Source of the DNA: the human T2T-CHM13v2.0 reference genome, Homo sapiens
Assembly (NCBI RefSeq): GCF_009914755.1
Contig: NC_060928.1
DNA length: 64,000 bases
Reading direction: 5' to 3' (one strand)
Notes under the pieces: model-generated
What the model was told of the DNA's origin: nothing
Database searches by the model: none
What the model saw: the letters and a program-made list of their open reading frames with translations, nothing else
Program-made: the position numbers and the translations under genes
In this document: positions 39,912-54,909 of the stretch, in pieces
Layout of the letters: every line of letters begins with the position of its first letter
How positions within the stretch are numbered: position 1 is the first letter of the stretch

Positions 39912-42900
39912 GGGAAGGGGTCTCAGCTTCCTTTGCATCTCCTGAGTTTAGAAGTGGATCTTAGAGTAGTCTAGTGGGAGACAGCAGATGGACATGAACA
40001 GCTAGGATATGAGGGGGCAAGTGTCACCCTCCCCCGATAATGCTGATGGGGAAATCAGGGAAGACTGCATGGAAGAGGGCATCAAGGCTGACCTAAAGAA
40101 TGAGTAGGTGGAGTGTATAGGAGATGGAGAACATTCCAGAAAACAACATTCCAACTTGAGCAAGGTCTGGGGGGTAGGAATTTTGAAGGTATGTGTGTGT
40201 TATATAAAGTGAGAGTGAATGCATTGTGCATGGAGACAAACCATAGAAAAGAAGTTTGGAAAAAATAGATTAAAAAGTCAGCTCCCGATGGACCCCAGAT
40301 GTGAGGCTGAAGAGTCCGTGTCGCAGTGACGAGTGGTGGACATTGCAATTGAGCTTCAGAGGCAGCCTGCCCGGGTCTGTATCCTGGCCCTGCCACTCTC
40401 TGGCTCTGGGATCCAGGTCAAATGGACTAAATTCTCTGGACTTCAGTGACCATATCTTGAAAATGGGAGAAGTAAAGGCTCATAGGTTTGTGGTGCAGGT
40501 GAAGTGAGATCTTCCATGTCAAATGCTCAGATCAGAGCCTGGCCCACAGCAGGAGCTCAGAGAATGATATCAAGAAACAGCCCTGGAGGCACTGTGGGGG
40601 ATGGGGCTGGTGAGGGCTGCAGGGTGAGACATCTGGACAGAGGCTCAGGGAGGAGCTGCTGCCAGAGGGAGGCTTGGACCAAGGCTGTGGAGGGGGCTGA
40701 GGGAGAGGAGAGTGGGCTGGAGAGAGGTGCGTGGCTGGGCGCACAGGACGTGGCTGCCCCGGCTCTGCAGGCCTCTCTGTCCTGGGTGGTGCTGGGCTTC
40801 TAGGCTCCAGGCCAGCCTCCAGAGTGCAGAGACCATGTGAGTTCTTAAATGAACGGGTTCAAATCCACGACAAAGCTGACTTGAAGCCTCGTGTCCGATG
40901 CTTGTGGTTTTGTGATGTCAACTCCAGTCCACCTTAGAGGACAGCTTGGTGGCTCCAAGCTTGGGGTTTTGTATTTAAGTATGCTGAACTTGCTGTGCGT
41001 TACTCTGGAATTCTAGGCCCACATGGTGTGGGCCTCCCAGCATTTGGGGTGGAGGCTGGATTGGAGCCTGAGGTGTGGCCCCCGGTGGCTGAGCTGTGGC
41101 TGGTCGGCCTGTGAGTGCTGGGCCTCCGTCCAGAGGAAGTGCATCTCTGTCGTGATAGCTCATCACCAAGGGTGTCCAGCGGCCACCTGGAGAGAGACAG
41201 AAGCAGGCAGAGGTCAAGGGATGTGGTGACCAGGGGTGAGTGCCTGTCATACTTGCTGTCAGGAGCTGGCTGCTGGTGGGGCAAGCCTGTCCGGGACCCT
41301 GGGCCTGGCAGCTGGATGAAGAACCATGAGGGAGCCGGGGACTCTGTGTGGAGAGAGGCGGCAGCACATGGGGACATGCAGAGGGCGGGCTGAGTCTAGG
41401 GAAGTCTCGGCGTGCAAACCACAGGCTCGCACGGTGACCCAGGGCTTCTGCCCTTGCCCCAGTCACTCGACACTCAGAGCATGGGTTGAGAGCTCCCAGC
41501 AGGAAGGGGAGGGTGTTGTGCCCAGAACCCTCCACGTGGCCTCATATTTGCCTCCAAAGCAGCCGGCAGGCCTTGTTTCCTGGGTGCTTACCCATGGGGT
41601 CTGCTGGGTGCACTTTGCGGAAGTCCCCATCCTTCTGATTCTCCTGTGAGCCGGGAGGATGGGGAGCCGTGCTCTCTCTCGACCTGGGCCCTAGTTTCGT
41701 CATCGTGTTTCGGGTGTCAGCCCTGGGGTGCAGAGGAAGGGCCTGGAGCCAGTGGGATGGGCTCCTTCTCTTGAAGTGCTTGTGGTCCAAAGCGGGGTGG
41801 GGGCAGAGAGCCCCAGGGATGCAATTCAGGAGGAGCGAAGTGGGGCCGGTGTGGAGGCACAGTGCAGGGAGAGCAAGGTGGGGCAGGGGAAGCTCAGTTC
41901 ACCTGGGGAGGGGGTCACATGGGCCACAGGTGGAGGAGGATGAGGATGACTGGCAAGGCTGGGGAGGTGTGGCTGAGGGGAGCAGCAGAGATCTCTGAGG
42001 TGTAGAGGGCAGGTGAGCCTGGTGGAGGGGCTGCCCGTGGCCATTGCCTGTGCTGTGAAGCAGGGGCTCCCTGAGCAGGGCTCCTGCCCATGGTGTTTCC
42101 TGGCTGGGGTCCGAGGGAGGCTGTTGCTGTGGTCTGGCCTTCACAGACTCACTCTGTGGCCTGGGTGGGGCGGGCCGCTCTGGGATGGGGAGCTGCGTAG
42201 ACCCGCTTCCCTGGCCTGGGTGGGGCGGGCCATTCTGGGAAGGCAGAATACAAACTCTGCCTTCGTTTGTATTCTCATCCAAGTTCAACAGATGAGACCT
42301 TGACTGTGGATCCCCCATGTTCTGTCCTCTCTCTGCACCCCCTCAAGTGCTGGTCTGTTCCTGTTGCCTCTGAGGACCCCTGAGAAGCTCCCAAACCCAC
42401 TCTCCCACTCCCCAAAATCAGTTCACCTGACCTAAGGTGCCCTGCCTTGCTGGGTCCTTGCCTGAGGGGCCGACACTCCCGGGGAATGCGAGCAGGAGGG
42501 GTTATGGGATAGAAACTGGCTTTGGGCTGGAAGTCCACCCCTCTGGTGCACAGTGGGGAAGCGCAGAGGTGGGGGAGGCTGGATTGTCTTCGGTTGCCCC
42601 GCGTGCAGGGCAGCAGCGTGGATGGGCTCTCGTGCTGCTCTGGAGGCCCTGATCCCCCCTCGCTGGAAGTGCTCAAAAGGAGGCTCCATGTCCATGCTCC
42701 AGGCCACTGCAGGGACTTTCGGTTTGGGGTGGGAAGCGGGACCACCAGGGGCCGACTGAGGGGTCCAGAGTTGTGGTTGTGAGCCCAGATTCCCAGCCGG
42801 ACCCAGGGGTGCACTCCATGCTGTTCCACATGGCCTCTGGCTCTGACCCCGGGGTCCCTCCCCTGCCCTCCAACACATTAGTGCTGCCTTCCCTCTCCTC

Positions 42901-45696
42901 CCTGGGGAGCCCTGGGTTCTCTCCCTGCAGCGCTCAGCTGGGCACTCACTCCTCCCTTCCCATCATGCTGGCCACCCATGTAGCCAGTCTTCCCCAGGCC
43001 TCAGTTTCCCCATCTGTAAGGTGAGCGTCAGGACCAGACCATCTCCAAGGTCACTACCAACCCGGACGTTGTTTATGCTTAGTACACATTTGCTAATTTA
43101 TTTGTATTTTATTTATATGAATGGAGACCGGGAATGAAGTAGAAGAGACTTTGGAATGCCCAGCCCAAGAACCTCACCGCAGCCTCTTTCAAGTAGTAAT
43201 GAAGGAGGCAGATTTCCATGAGAGTTGAGCTTCAGGCACAGCTGGTCTCACCCGTGCCTGCTGTTCACGCTTGGATGAGGACTGAACCTCTCTGAGCCTT
43301 TTTCCTCATTTATCAAACGAGGATCATGGTTCCTGTGTGTCAGGCCAGTGCTGGGGCCACACACTCCATGGATGGGGGCCTGGCCAGCAGAGCCACCAAT
43401 GTCCTCCTTCATCTTATTTCCTAAGAGTGTCGACCTCACTTGCATCTTCACTGTCTTCTTGAAACTAGCTCAAGGCCCGGCTCGTGGTGGCTGTTGGCCT
43501 CAGCTCTTTACCGAGCTTCTCTGTGTGCCTAGCGCTGTTAGCTGCTGAGGATTCAGTGAGGGGCCAAGTCAAACTTGGCCCCTGCGCGGGTGAAATGTTT
43601 GGTCTGGACAGGAATTCACCCCAGCGCGTTCTAGGTGCCGTGTGAATCTGCGCTGGGGAAGTCTGGGAAGATTTCCTGGAGGAGGTGAAGATGGAGCTGC
43701 TCTGCAGGATGAGTAGAGTCCCGGGCTGAGGAGGAGGTTGGAATGGTGAGAATATTAAGGCTGAAGGAGAGGCCTAGGGGCTGGAGCAGCCTGGAGCGCT
43801 CATGGGCAGAGGAGAGACTCGTGCGTTGATCAAGAAGCCTGGCTCGAAGTCATAGAGACAGCCCTGTTAATAAAGTTGCTGAGCACATTTCACAAATCCA
43901 CTTTTACTTTAATAAAGGGCGATTTAATTTGTAGTTGCGTGAAGGTTCCTGAGAGTATTCTAAAGAGGTCATAAATTAGCCTCATTCCTCGGCACGCCCC
44001 TCAGATGAGAAGGCAGCCCAGAGCTTGCGTGGGCCTCTCGGCGTAGCCGTTACTTTATTTTATGGTGATTTTTCAGAGTCAGGCTAAGACTTGTGCAGAT
44101 GATTCGATGGAGAGCAGACTGGAGTGACGGGCGAATCAGCTGGGACGCTGCCGAGAACCCCTGTGCCTTTTCCGGTGCAGGAAGAAATGGAGGGGAAGCT
44201 TGTACGTTGCCTCCTCTTTTGGGGCCGCCTTGTCTTTCTTTTTTCAGACTCCAAAGGATGAGTTATTTATAGGTTCTTACGAATGGCCCACTTTGTCCTC
44301 GCCCCTCCTTAGTCGCTAGTTTGGGTGGGTGCTCTGTGGATTGCAGGGATGCCGATGACCTGAGAAGCCTGGCTGTGCTGCAGCTGCTGTTCCTGACCGA
44401 CGTCCTCCCCTTTTGGAAGTCCAGGGAGCAGAGATCCCTGGCTCTGGCCACCGGGAGGGCAAGGTCTCCGTCTGTAGCGTTGGAAAGGTGAAGGCATGTG
44501 TTCTGCATTGGTTCACATCCTGCTTTTTCTTGGAAAGCGCCGTCCTGGATGTGAGCTTGGATTCTGGGTGTAGAAGAAGTGCAGACATGGGGCTGTCAGT
44601 CTAAGTGGGTGGTGGGGGTGGGGAACGCCCTGTACCTCTCTCCCCGCTCCCAGCAGGTTCCCACAAGCGCAGACCATCCCTGACCTGCTCTGCAAGGCTG
44701 TAAAACACAGACTTAGGCAATTTGCTCACTGCTGATTGATATGCAGCCCGCTGAGGGCAACAGCAACGTCTTTTCCATTCAGCCTCATGACTCGGGACCG
44801 CTTCCCAGAAGGCCTATGGTGCTTGTCACCTCTATTCCAATTAAGCTCCATTTGTCATTAAAAAAATGGAATAGGGATACTTGAGTGAGTGAGGACTCTC
44901 CTTGGAAGACTGGAATAAAAGGTAAAACTCCAGTGTCCTTTTGAGGTGGAAAATCTCCTTCTTATTTTGCATTTCTATAGCAGTCAGTTACTGTATTTGC
45001 ACAGAAAATTACAATCATTTAATTAGTTTCTTCTCACACCAGCTCGAAGATCTTAAAATAACAGCACTCTCCTTCCTTAGTAATTTTCTTGCAAAAGCAG
45101 ATAATTTCCTGCAATGTTGAGCTCGCCTTGACTCACACCGAGCACATTTCTTGCAAGTCACCATTTCCTGACGCTCAGATAAATGAAGTTCAAATTAGAG
45201 AAAGAAAAGAGCCAGGCAGAGTGTGGCCGCTTCCATTCAGATCAATTTTAATTCAGAAAGAATTCTTTATGAGGCTTCTTTGCCGTGCATATTTCTGAAG
45301 CATCAGACGTAGCGATAACATCTCCTAGGCCTCAGCCGGGGAGATCCAGCAGTTAGGATCACCTCCCAGCTTCTGCTTCTGATGTAATTTTACCTTATAA
45401 TAATAATCCCTCACTATTTACATGGAACTGCTGATTAGTAATAATAAAGTTAATAATCACAGCCCCTATCTAGGTGCCGGATGCTGCGTCAGGCACGTCA
45501 TGCCCATTTGTCTCATTTGCTCCTGAACAGAGACCTACACAGTAGATATCATGGTTATATGCATTTTGCAGCAATGGAAAATAAGGTTCGGTGTGGCAGG
45601 AGGACTTGCCCCCAGTCACACAGCTAGTGAGGATCTGAGCTGTGGTTTGAATTCCTTCACTCTTGAGCCTGAGTTCTTTTTAAAATTCTTTTTGCT

Positions 45697-46182
45697 GGCT
45701 GGGCGTGGTGGCTCACGCCTGTAATCCCAACACTTTGGGAGGCCGAGGCAGGTGGATTACCTAAGGCCAGGAGTTTGAGATCAGCCTGGCCAACATGGTG
45801 AAAATTTGTAAAAATACAAAATTAGCCGGGCCTGATGGCACATGCCTGTAATCCCAGCTGCTTGGAAGGCTGAGGCAGAAGAATCGCTTGAATCAGGGAG
45901 ACGGAGATTGTAGTGAGCCGAGATTGTGCCACTGCACTCTGGCCTGGGCGACAGAGCAAGACTCCGCCTCAAAAAAAATTCTTTTTTCTTTAGAGACGGA
46001 GATTGCAGTGAGCCGAGATCGTGCCACTGCACTCTGGCCTGGGCGACAGAGCAAGACTCTGCCTCAAAAAAAATTCTTTTTTCTTTAGAGACGGAGATTG
46101 CAGTGAGCCGAGATCGTGCCACTGCACTCTGGCCTGGGCGACAGAGCAAGACTCTGCCTCAAAAAAAATTCTTTTTTCTTTA
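45697..46182 (+). mobile_element. AluS with triplicated 3' end (3 x 95 bp, 45898-46182)
   Basis: TSD aaaattcttttt; repeat units start at 45898, 45993 and 46088. Confidence 0.95.
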
Positions 46183-46765
46183 TTACTATTTTTAAAATTG
46201 TGGTAAAATATATGTAACATAAATTCACTGTTTTAATGCTTTTTCAGTGTATGGTTCTGGGGGCATTCAATGCATTCACAGTGTTGTGCAGCTGTGACCA
46301 CCATTCTTCTCCAGAACGTTCTCATCTTCCCAAATGGAAACTCTGCCCCTCTTAAACACTAACCCCCATCACCCTCCTCCACCCCCGCCACTCACAGTCT
46401 ACTTTCTGTCTCTATGAATTTGATGCTCTAATGGCCTCATATGGGTGGAACCATACACATTTGTCATTTTGTGTCTGGTTTATTTCACTCAGCATGATGT
46501 CCTGAAGGTTCGCCCAGGCTGTAGCAGGTGCCAGAATTTCCTTCCTTTTTTTACGGCTGAGTAATATTCCACTGTATGGACACCACACATTTCCTTTCTT
46601 CATGCATCTGTGGATGGGCGTTTGGGTTGTTTCCACCTTTTGGGTAGTGTGAATTAGGCTGCTGTGAACATGGGTGTGCAGATATTTTTTCAAATCCCTG
46701 CTTTCAGTCCTTTTGGGTAAATGCCCAGAAGTGGGATTGCTAGATCTTATGGTAATCCTACGTCA
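46183..46765 (-). mobile_element. L1MB-type 3' end
   Basis: tgtggtaaaatatatgtaacataaaattc...tttcactcagcatgatgtcc...tgcccagaagtgggattgct. Confidence 0.85.
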
Positions 46766-47064
<299 letters not shown>

Positions 47065-48307
47065 TATGTTAAGTTTTTGATTGAGCCTGAGGTTTTATCT
47101 GCATCAGAAGTCACTCTTGTGGCTGCCTTGTGTTGTACCCACTTGCCGGTCAGTAGCACAATTGCAACCCCCAAGGAAATCCACAGGAGGAGAAACATGT
47201 GTGGCATTAGGACAATCCCGCGCCTAGAAGGGACACGGTGGCAAGGCTGCGTCGTGGGAGTCACCTTTCCCTGTTCTGTTCTCATAACCTCTGAATTCTG
47301 CCACTTGTGACCCAAGGAGGGGGTATCTCTCTGAGCCCAGGAAATCCAGATCTGTCAATTTTGGGAAGTCAGAAATAGGCTGGTCTGGTGCTGCGCCAAG
47401 GGTGGAAAAGGAGACCATTCCCGGAGGCATTGCTCGGCGCGGCCGCGCTTGCTAAGGGTAACTGTTTGCCTTCCAAGTTCAAGCCCATTTCTCTTCCTCC
47501 TCTGCTTTTAGGCACTTTTCCCAATTGACTACCTCATTGACCAGTTAAGTAATTCAATTTGCACTCTGTAAAAATAAAGCACTCAATAAAAACCCTATGT
47601 TTTTCTCAATTATTCCCATCAATACCACTTAACCCCAGCCAAGTTTATTTTCTGATTTTTCATTTGACCATCAAATAGGCCTTCTGGGCATCCACTTTGA
47701 GTCCTGCAGCAGCTATGACGTCAGGCGGCTGCTGTGTACCTGGCTGTGGGTTAGGCTCCTTGGGTGGACCAAGGACACACACCCAGGGGTTTTCTGGCTT
47801 TGAGGACCCCAAACTGGCACAGGGGCTCTTAGCTCTCTCTGTGCCCTAGACTCCTGCCCATCCCAATCCTGGAGAAGCTGATGAAACTTTCTCAGAATGA
47901 GGATTTTATAATTAGCATAAAACAAAGTATAGATCCAGAGGAAACCAATTTCATGGCAATGAAGTTATCAAAATACAGTTTTAGTATTTCTTCAGTAACA
48001 CTTCCGTAAGAACTAGCAGCAGGTGTGATGATTTCCATAGTTTTGAAGTTGTGCTGAGTGTAAGCCATACTTTGAGATCGATAACAACTGTGATCTGGTC
48101 TTGGAGATAGCTGTGATTTCTGTTGGTGACACTCAGGTACTGATGATACATTTGTGACTTGTTGCCTACTTCATAATGGAGGAAATGCCTAATTTCAGCT
48201 GGGGCTGGTTGAAAACAAAGAGGCCATTGTTTCTGCATCCAAGTTCATGGGTTCCTGAAGAAACAGCAGGCAGAGAGAATCAGGAGCATGTAGAAATAAC
48301 GCCCTGA

Positions 48308-48807
<500 letters not shown>

Positions 48808-51800
48808 TCAGGGGCTTTGGTCTGTTTCATTCCCTGTTGCTCCCCAAGCGCCTGGTGCTTAGTAGATGCTCAGTAAACATCCGAGGACTTCTGAAAGGAG
48901 GAGCTAGCAGGAGGTCATGGATCCTGAAGCTCAGAGGCCTAGCTTTCCTGCTGGGGAATCTGGGGAGAGTCGAGTCCCTCTGTCCTCGCAAAGCTGGTAA
49001 GTGAGGATCTGGGCTCCCTGGCCCACTGCCGGCTCCACGAGTAACCTGGGAAGCTCTTTAACGCACTAATTAATCTCCACCCCGTGGGGTGGGGATTATG
49101 GCACATATCTGCAGAGAAAAGAGCTGGCTGCCAGAGAGACAGACAGATTTGTTTCTTGCCTGAGAGGAGTCCTGGGCAGAGGGGAAGCAGTCTAGCAGCT
49201 GCTGACTCATGGTCGTGGCTGTGCAGCCAGGTCCTGGTGACACCCACGCCTCCATGGTGGGGCCACTGGGTCAGCCAGGAGCCAGGGTACTCCGTGGTGA
49301 GAAAACACCCATTCCCAAATTGAATTAGGGCATTTAAATAGCATCCTTGATGATCCCAGCCTCATCTCACCCAGTAAAACAAAACAAAACAAGACAAAAC
49401 AAGAAACCCATGAGATGGGTTTGCTCAGCTTTCAACAAAGACAAATGACTCTGGGGTAGGTTGAACCATGGGAGGGCTTTCCCAGGGGAGAGCAGGATTC
49501 GAGAAACCTGGGCTTTCTGACGGAAATGACTTTGCAGCATCACCCACCTGCTCGCTCACTCATCCATCTATCTACAAACCAGCCCCGCACCTAGCATCAC
49601 CCACTGCTAACGTGCTCATCCATCCATGTACACGCCAGCCCTGTGCTGAGCCTTCTCTCTGGGCCAGCTTCAGAGGAATCACCAGTTTCTGAGTTCTCAG
49701 GGGGCCTTCTAATGGAGGGAGCCCCGAAAATGGCCTTTGTCCACATGTGGGGCCTCGCTTTTCATTCTTTGTCTGTGAATGTCTTTTCTTCCAATCCACA
49801 TCCACACGTCCCTTTGAGGAGGGCTGGAAAGGTGCAGTGCTGAGCTGTGTCTGGGAAGGCTTGCTGCTGGCCCCTCCGAGCCCCTCCCGCCCACACAGCC
49901 TGGGCCGGGAGCCGACGTGAGTCACCGGGCTGCTCTCTGCGTTCACCCAGCGCCTGGCCAGGGCCCAGCTGCTGGGCTGGAGTGTGGCGGCCACCGTGGC
50001 CAGACAATTCAGGCTCCTGGAGGCGGGCAGGTTCAGTGGGCTGCCCCGAGCTCTGAGCTGGGGCCGGCTCCCCAGTCCTCCAGGCCTGGGTTCCCTCATC
50101 TGCACTGGGGCTGGCAGGATCCCTCCTTATGGCACATATAAGTAAAGGTACAGGGAGCAGGGCAGATGTCTAGCGATGCAGGAGCGAGCTTCTTCAGTCC
50201 CAGGGAAGACTGCACTGTTGTCCCCTAATCAGAATGTGCCTTCTTTCTCTAGGGGGATTTTATGTGGTTCCAATTTCTTCCCATTTCCTGAATAGTTTGC
50301 TAAAGTGGAACAAAGCCCAGCATATTTCATGAACATTCAGCGACTCCAGTTTACTTTTAAAGAAAGTATTTCTCGTTGACATCTGGTTTTTCACAAGTTT
50401 CCTGCTATGAATTATTGCCTGGAATTCTCACCTCTAAGATCAAGTCAGAATTTCTTTCCATCTTGCCTGTGGCCGAGCAGAGGGCTGGGCAGTGACGGGG
50501 AAATCCAAAACCCGGGAACTTCTGGGACTTGTCTGGGGCGGGAAGGGAGTTTTCGGGCGCCTTCTCCCAGGATCCCACCTCCCCCAGTGTCCCTTGGCCC
50601 TGGGTGGGAGCCAGCTTGGCCTATGAAGGCAAAGAAGATCAGCTGGGGCCCACCTTCCTGTCTCAGGAAGGCAAAGAAGACCACCGAGGCGGCCCCCAGC
50701 TCCCTCCCTGGCCTGGCCTCCTCACCCCCTGGGACATGCAGAAGGGGCTTGGTGCTGGCCATCTTGGCTTCTGAGCTGGGGCAGGTGGGGGTTAGAGACC
50801 GTCCACGGGGCATGTCGGGACTGAACTCGCCTTGCCCCCAGCCCTCCAGCCCCCACAGGGTTTCTACTTCCTATGGCATTTCCAAATGGCCTCTGGTGGG
50901 CACTGTGTGCTGAAGACTTTGGGGATTACTGGCAGGCAGGGGATTGGCGGGGAGGGAGGCAGGGCTGGTCTTCTGCCCTCTGCCCTTTCTTTCTCTGCAG
51001 ACACATTTTCTAAGACCCCCTGTGTGCCAGACTGTGTGCTAGGCACACTGGACAGACTAGTGAATGATTCCCTTTGTACACCCCGGCAGCCGCAGGCAAG
51101 GGATGACCACGGCTGTTTCAAGGGCGAGAGGCTGCAGCTCCATCCTCTGTCTGCCCCAGTCCTGGTCCCAGCGGGATGCCAGGGCTTGGCTTGGCTTGGC
51201 TTGGCTCTGGTTGTGTCTCCCTCAGCCCTCCCTTGCATAGGGTCCCCCAAGTTTTTCTAGGGGATGCACTGCCTTGTCTCCTGCTCACCAGGCACCCCTC
51301 TCTCTAGTCCTATAGGGGAACCCTGCAGAGAGCTGCCTCTGCCCCGGGCCCTGGTCCGAGTCTTCTGAGCACAGAGAGGGACTCTGAGAGGCTGCATGAC
51401 CTGTTTGCAAGGCCAGCCTGGTCTGTGTGACGCCAACCTGGCTCACCTAGCCCTGCTGGGGGGTGGGCAGCGTGTGGAGGGCCCCACCTTTCCAGCAGAC
51501 AGCCTGGCCTGCCTCAGGGGGCCCCTGCCTGCGTCCCTCACCCCGGACCACACTTCTGCCCTCCATGGAGGGAGCCCCTCTGCTCTGCTGCCTCCTGGCT
51601 TCATGTGGCCCTGCAAGCTGCGGACCTCGTGAAACTTCATCTTTCTCTTCCCTAGGAGGGAAAGGACACTGAACTGGCCTTGTTGTAGATGGGAGCACAT
51701 CACATGTGGAGGTCTTGCCCCGGTGCCGGACAGCCAGCATATGCTCAGATGCCCCCTCCTCAGCTGGCTCTGTCACCCTGTCCTTCAGCGCCCGAGAGCA

Positions 51801-52837
51801 CGCCCCGCCCCCGTCTGTGAGGACTTGCTGCTGTGCCGCTCACCTTGGGCCTTGCTTGCCTTCATATCTTTGTATCCCAGGGCTCGGACTCCATCCCAGC
51901 TTCTGGATGGCCTGGCCCATTCTGGGGTCTTGAGATACTTGTGGCCTCTGGGGTGGGAGGACTTCGGAGGCTGTGTAGAGAGTCAGGCCAGGCACCTCTC
52001 TCTTTAGGAAGCTACCGGCATCCCCTTCCGGAAACGGTCCCTGCCGGGACCCCAGCGTGAGGCTGGCTTCTGTGGCCGGCTCCATGGTGCTGAAGCCTAT
52101 CCCCTTCGTAGACTGTTTTTGGTGGGTGGGCTCGTCCCCTTCTCGACTGCATGTTTGGAGCAGTCAGGCACAGAGTTCCTGAAGTGCAGGTGCTGATCTT
52201 TGAATTTTGAGATCACTTCCAATCTGTTTTTTTTTTTTTTATCTTTTCACTCACCTCCCTGCTGTGGGGTCGGGTTTTCGGCATGATCAGAGAAGGGACG
52301 AAGACCAGGCAGAACCTACCGACCAACCATGAGTTTTTGTTGACATCATGGATTGCTGACATCTACAGGGCTTTGGCCCAAATTTGTGTTTGCCCCAGAG
52401 AGCATTTTGGGAGGTGTTCTTGGAGCGACTCACGTATTTAGCAGTGAGCTATGGCTCTGGGCCAGATCCTCTGCCGGGGGAAGGGGTGAAGTCCATGGTT
52501 GGGACCGAGCATGGTCCATGTCCTGGTGAGGTTACAGCCCTCTGGGACGGGAGCAGATGGTGACTTGGGGGCCCCAGGGCAAGAGCCCATGTCGGGGAGG
52601 CTATGAAGGATGCATGTGTGATGGGGGCCTCTGACTGGGGTGGCATCAGGGAGGGTCTCTCAGAGGAGGTGGCATTCCCCAGAGAAGGACGTCATCAGCC
52701 TTGTGTGGGGCCAGGTGGGTGGGGACGTTTGTGGATAATGTGAAGGCTGGGCCCCCGGTCATCTTTGGCGCCCACCCACTCACTTCCTCTGTGTGCTGAG
52801 GGCTGGGCTTTCTACCCTTGACCCTTATTATCACCAT

Positions 52838-53146
52838 TATTTAAAATAGAGGCGGGGCTTCTCTGTGGCTCAGGCTGGAGTGCAATGCTGCGATCTTGGC
52901 TCACTGCAGCCTCCAACCCCTGGGCTCACGCCCTCCTCCTGCCTCGGCCTTCCGAGTAACTAGGACTATAGGCACGCGCTACCATGCCTGGCTAATTTTA
53001 ATTTTTTTGTAGAGATGAGATCTCGCTGTGTTGCCCAGGCTGGTGTTGAACTCCTGGGCTCGAGGGATCTATCCACCTTAGCCTCCCAAAGTGCTGGGAT
53101 TACAGGTGTGAGCCGCCATGCCTGGATCAAACGCTTGACCTTGATG
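52838..53146 (-). mobile_element. AluJ
   Basis: Diverged antisense dimer. Confidence 0.88.
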
Positions 53147-53919
53147 CAGTGCCCAAGATGGTTGGCTGCAGGTGGGTGGTTGGTGACAATCCCAACTCTG
53201 CTGCTAACGGCTGCCTTGCCTATGTTCTGAGAGTCAAGTCTTCCCCTGTAAAATGCAGGTGTATGGTGCCCACCTTATGAGACTGATGTGGCTGTGATAC
53301 AATGAGGGCAAAAGTGCTGGGCACCGAGCTTGCACCAAGCAGTGTCCACTTCTCTTATTCCAGGAAGGAGGCCCAGTCATCCATCACCTACCAACCCCCA
53401 GCATTCATTCCTGAGCCCCCAACAAGAGAAGCTTTTGGGAAAGGCAGGCGGGGGGTAGTCAGCCAGCTGCCAATACCTCAGTGACCCCACAGGGCTCTTC
53501 TGGGAGTGGAACGGTGACCTGGCCTGGGTGGAGTGGGCCCAGGCTCCACTGCTCCTTGGAATGCCTGAGGGTTTGTAAGCAGGGCTGAGTCATGGACACA
53601 AAATCACTTGTGCAAGAAATTTTTGCATTTTTGCATTTTTTTCTTAAGTCAATAAATTCTGACTTTGAGTTCTCATTCTACTGCAAGAAGCAAAAATTTC
53701 GCTTAAACCTTCCTGCCTGGAGAAATTTGGAAAAGCTTCTCAGAGGTGGCGGGAGGAGCAGGAGAGCGGGAGGGAGGGAGGGAGGGAGGCATTGCCAGGG
53801 CGCAGACCAGAGCTGTGGCAGAGTTCAGGGATGGCAAGAAGAGCCAGGAGGGAGCGTCCACGACGGGGGGCAGGCCATGGCGCTGGGACGGTCACTCCCT
53901 GACATTTTTCAGGATACCA

Positions 53920-54246
<327 letters not shown>

Positions 54247-54909
54247 TGAAGTTCCATCAAGGACATACAGACCATTAGGGAAGACGCAGGTGTGACAAGG
54301 TGGGGGCCCCTGTGAGAGGAGGGGTTGGGGGCTCCCATGAGAGGAGAGGCGGGGGGCCCCTGGGAGAGGAGGGGTGGGAGCGGGCCTCACTCTGTCGGCT
54401 AATCCCTCATCCCTTTTACTCTCTCCCCACCTGGAGGAAAATGCCATAGAAGTGTTTTTTGTAGTAGTGGAAGGAGATCGTGAATGTTATCTGGTGTCTG
54501 TTTCTGCATAATTCTATCAGGAATGTTCCCAGTCATCTGTGTGGCTAAATCCCCTCGGTGGCCTGAATTTCCATGGCTGCCCCACCCCAGGTCCCTGTTG
54601 ATACAGAGGATGGGGAGAGATATTCTTCTGAAAAGAAAAGATGGGAGCGGAGTGTAGGAGGGCTGCAGAGGAAGTCTTTCCTTGACTCTGCCTTTGGAAG
54701 TTGCCTCCTCTCACCTGGCCCTCTGGGGTTCTCCTCTCTTCCCAGACCCTGCCGGAATTGTAGCCCACACGGCACAGGTCAGCATGTGGTTGTGCAATGG
54801 CTGGTTGGGCAGATCTTCCCAGTTGGTTTAAAGTTACTGGAGGGCGGGGAACACGTTCCTGTTTCCTGTCTCTGCCTTTGTATCTCCTGCAATGCTGTGT
54901 ACAAAAGGA

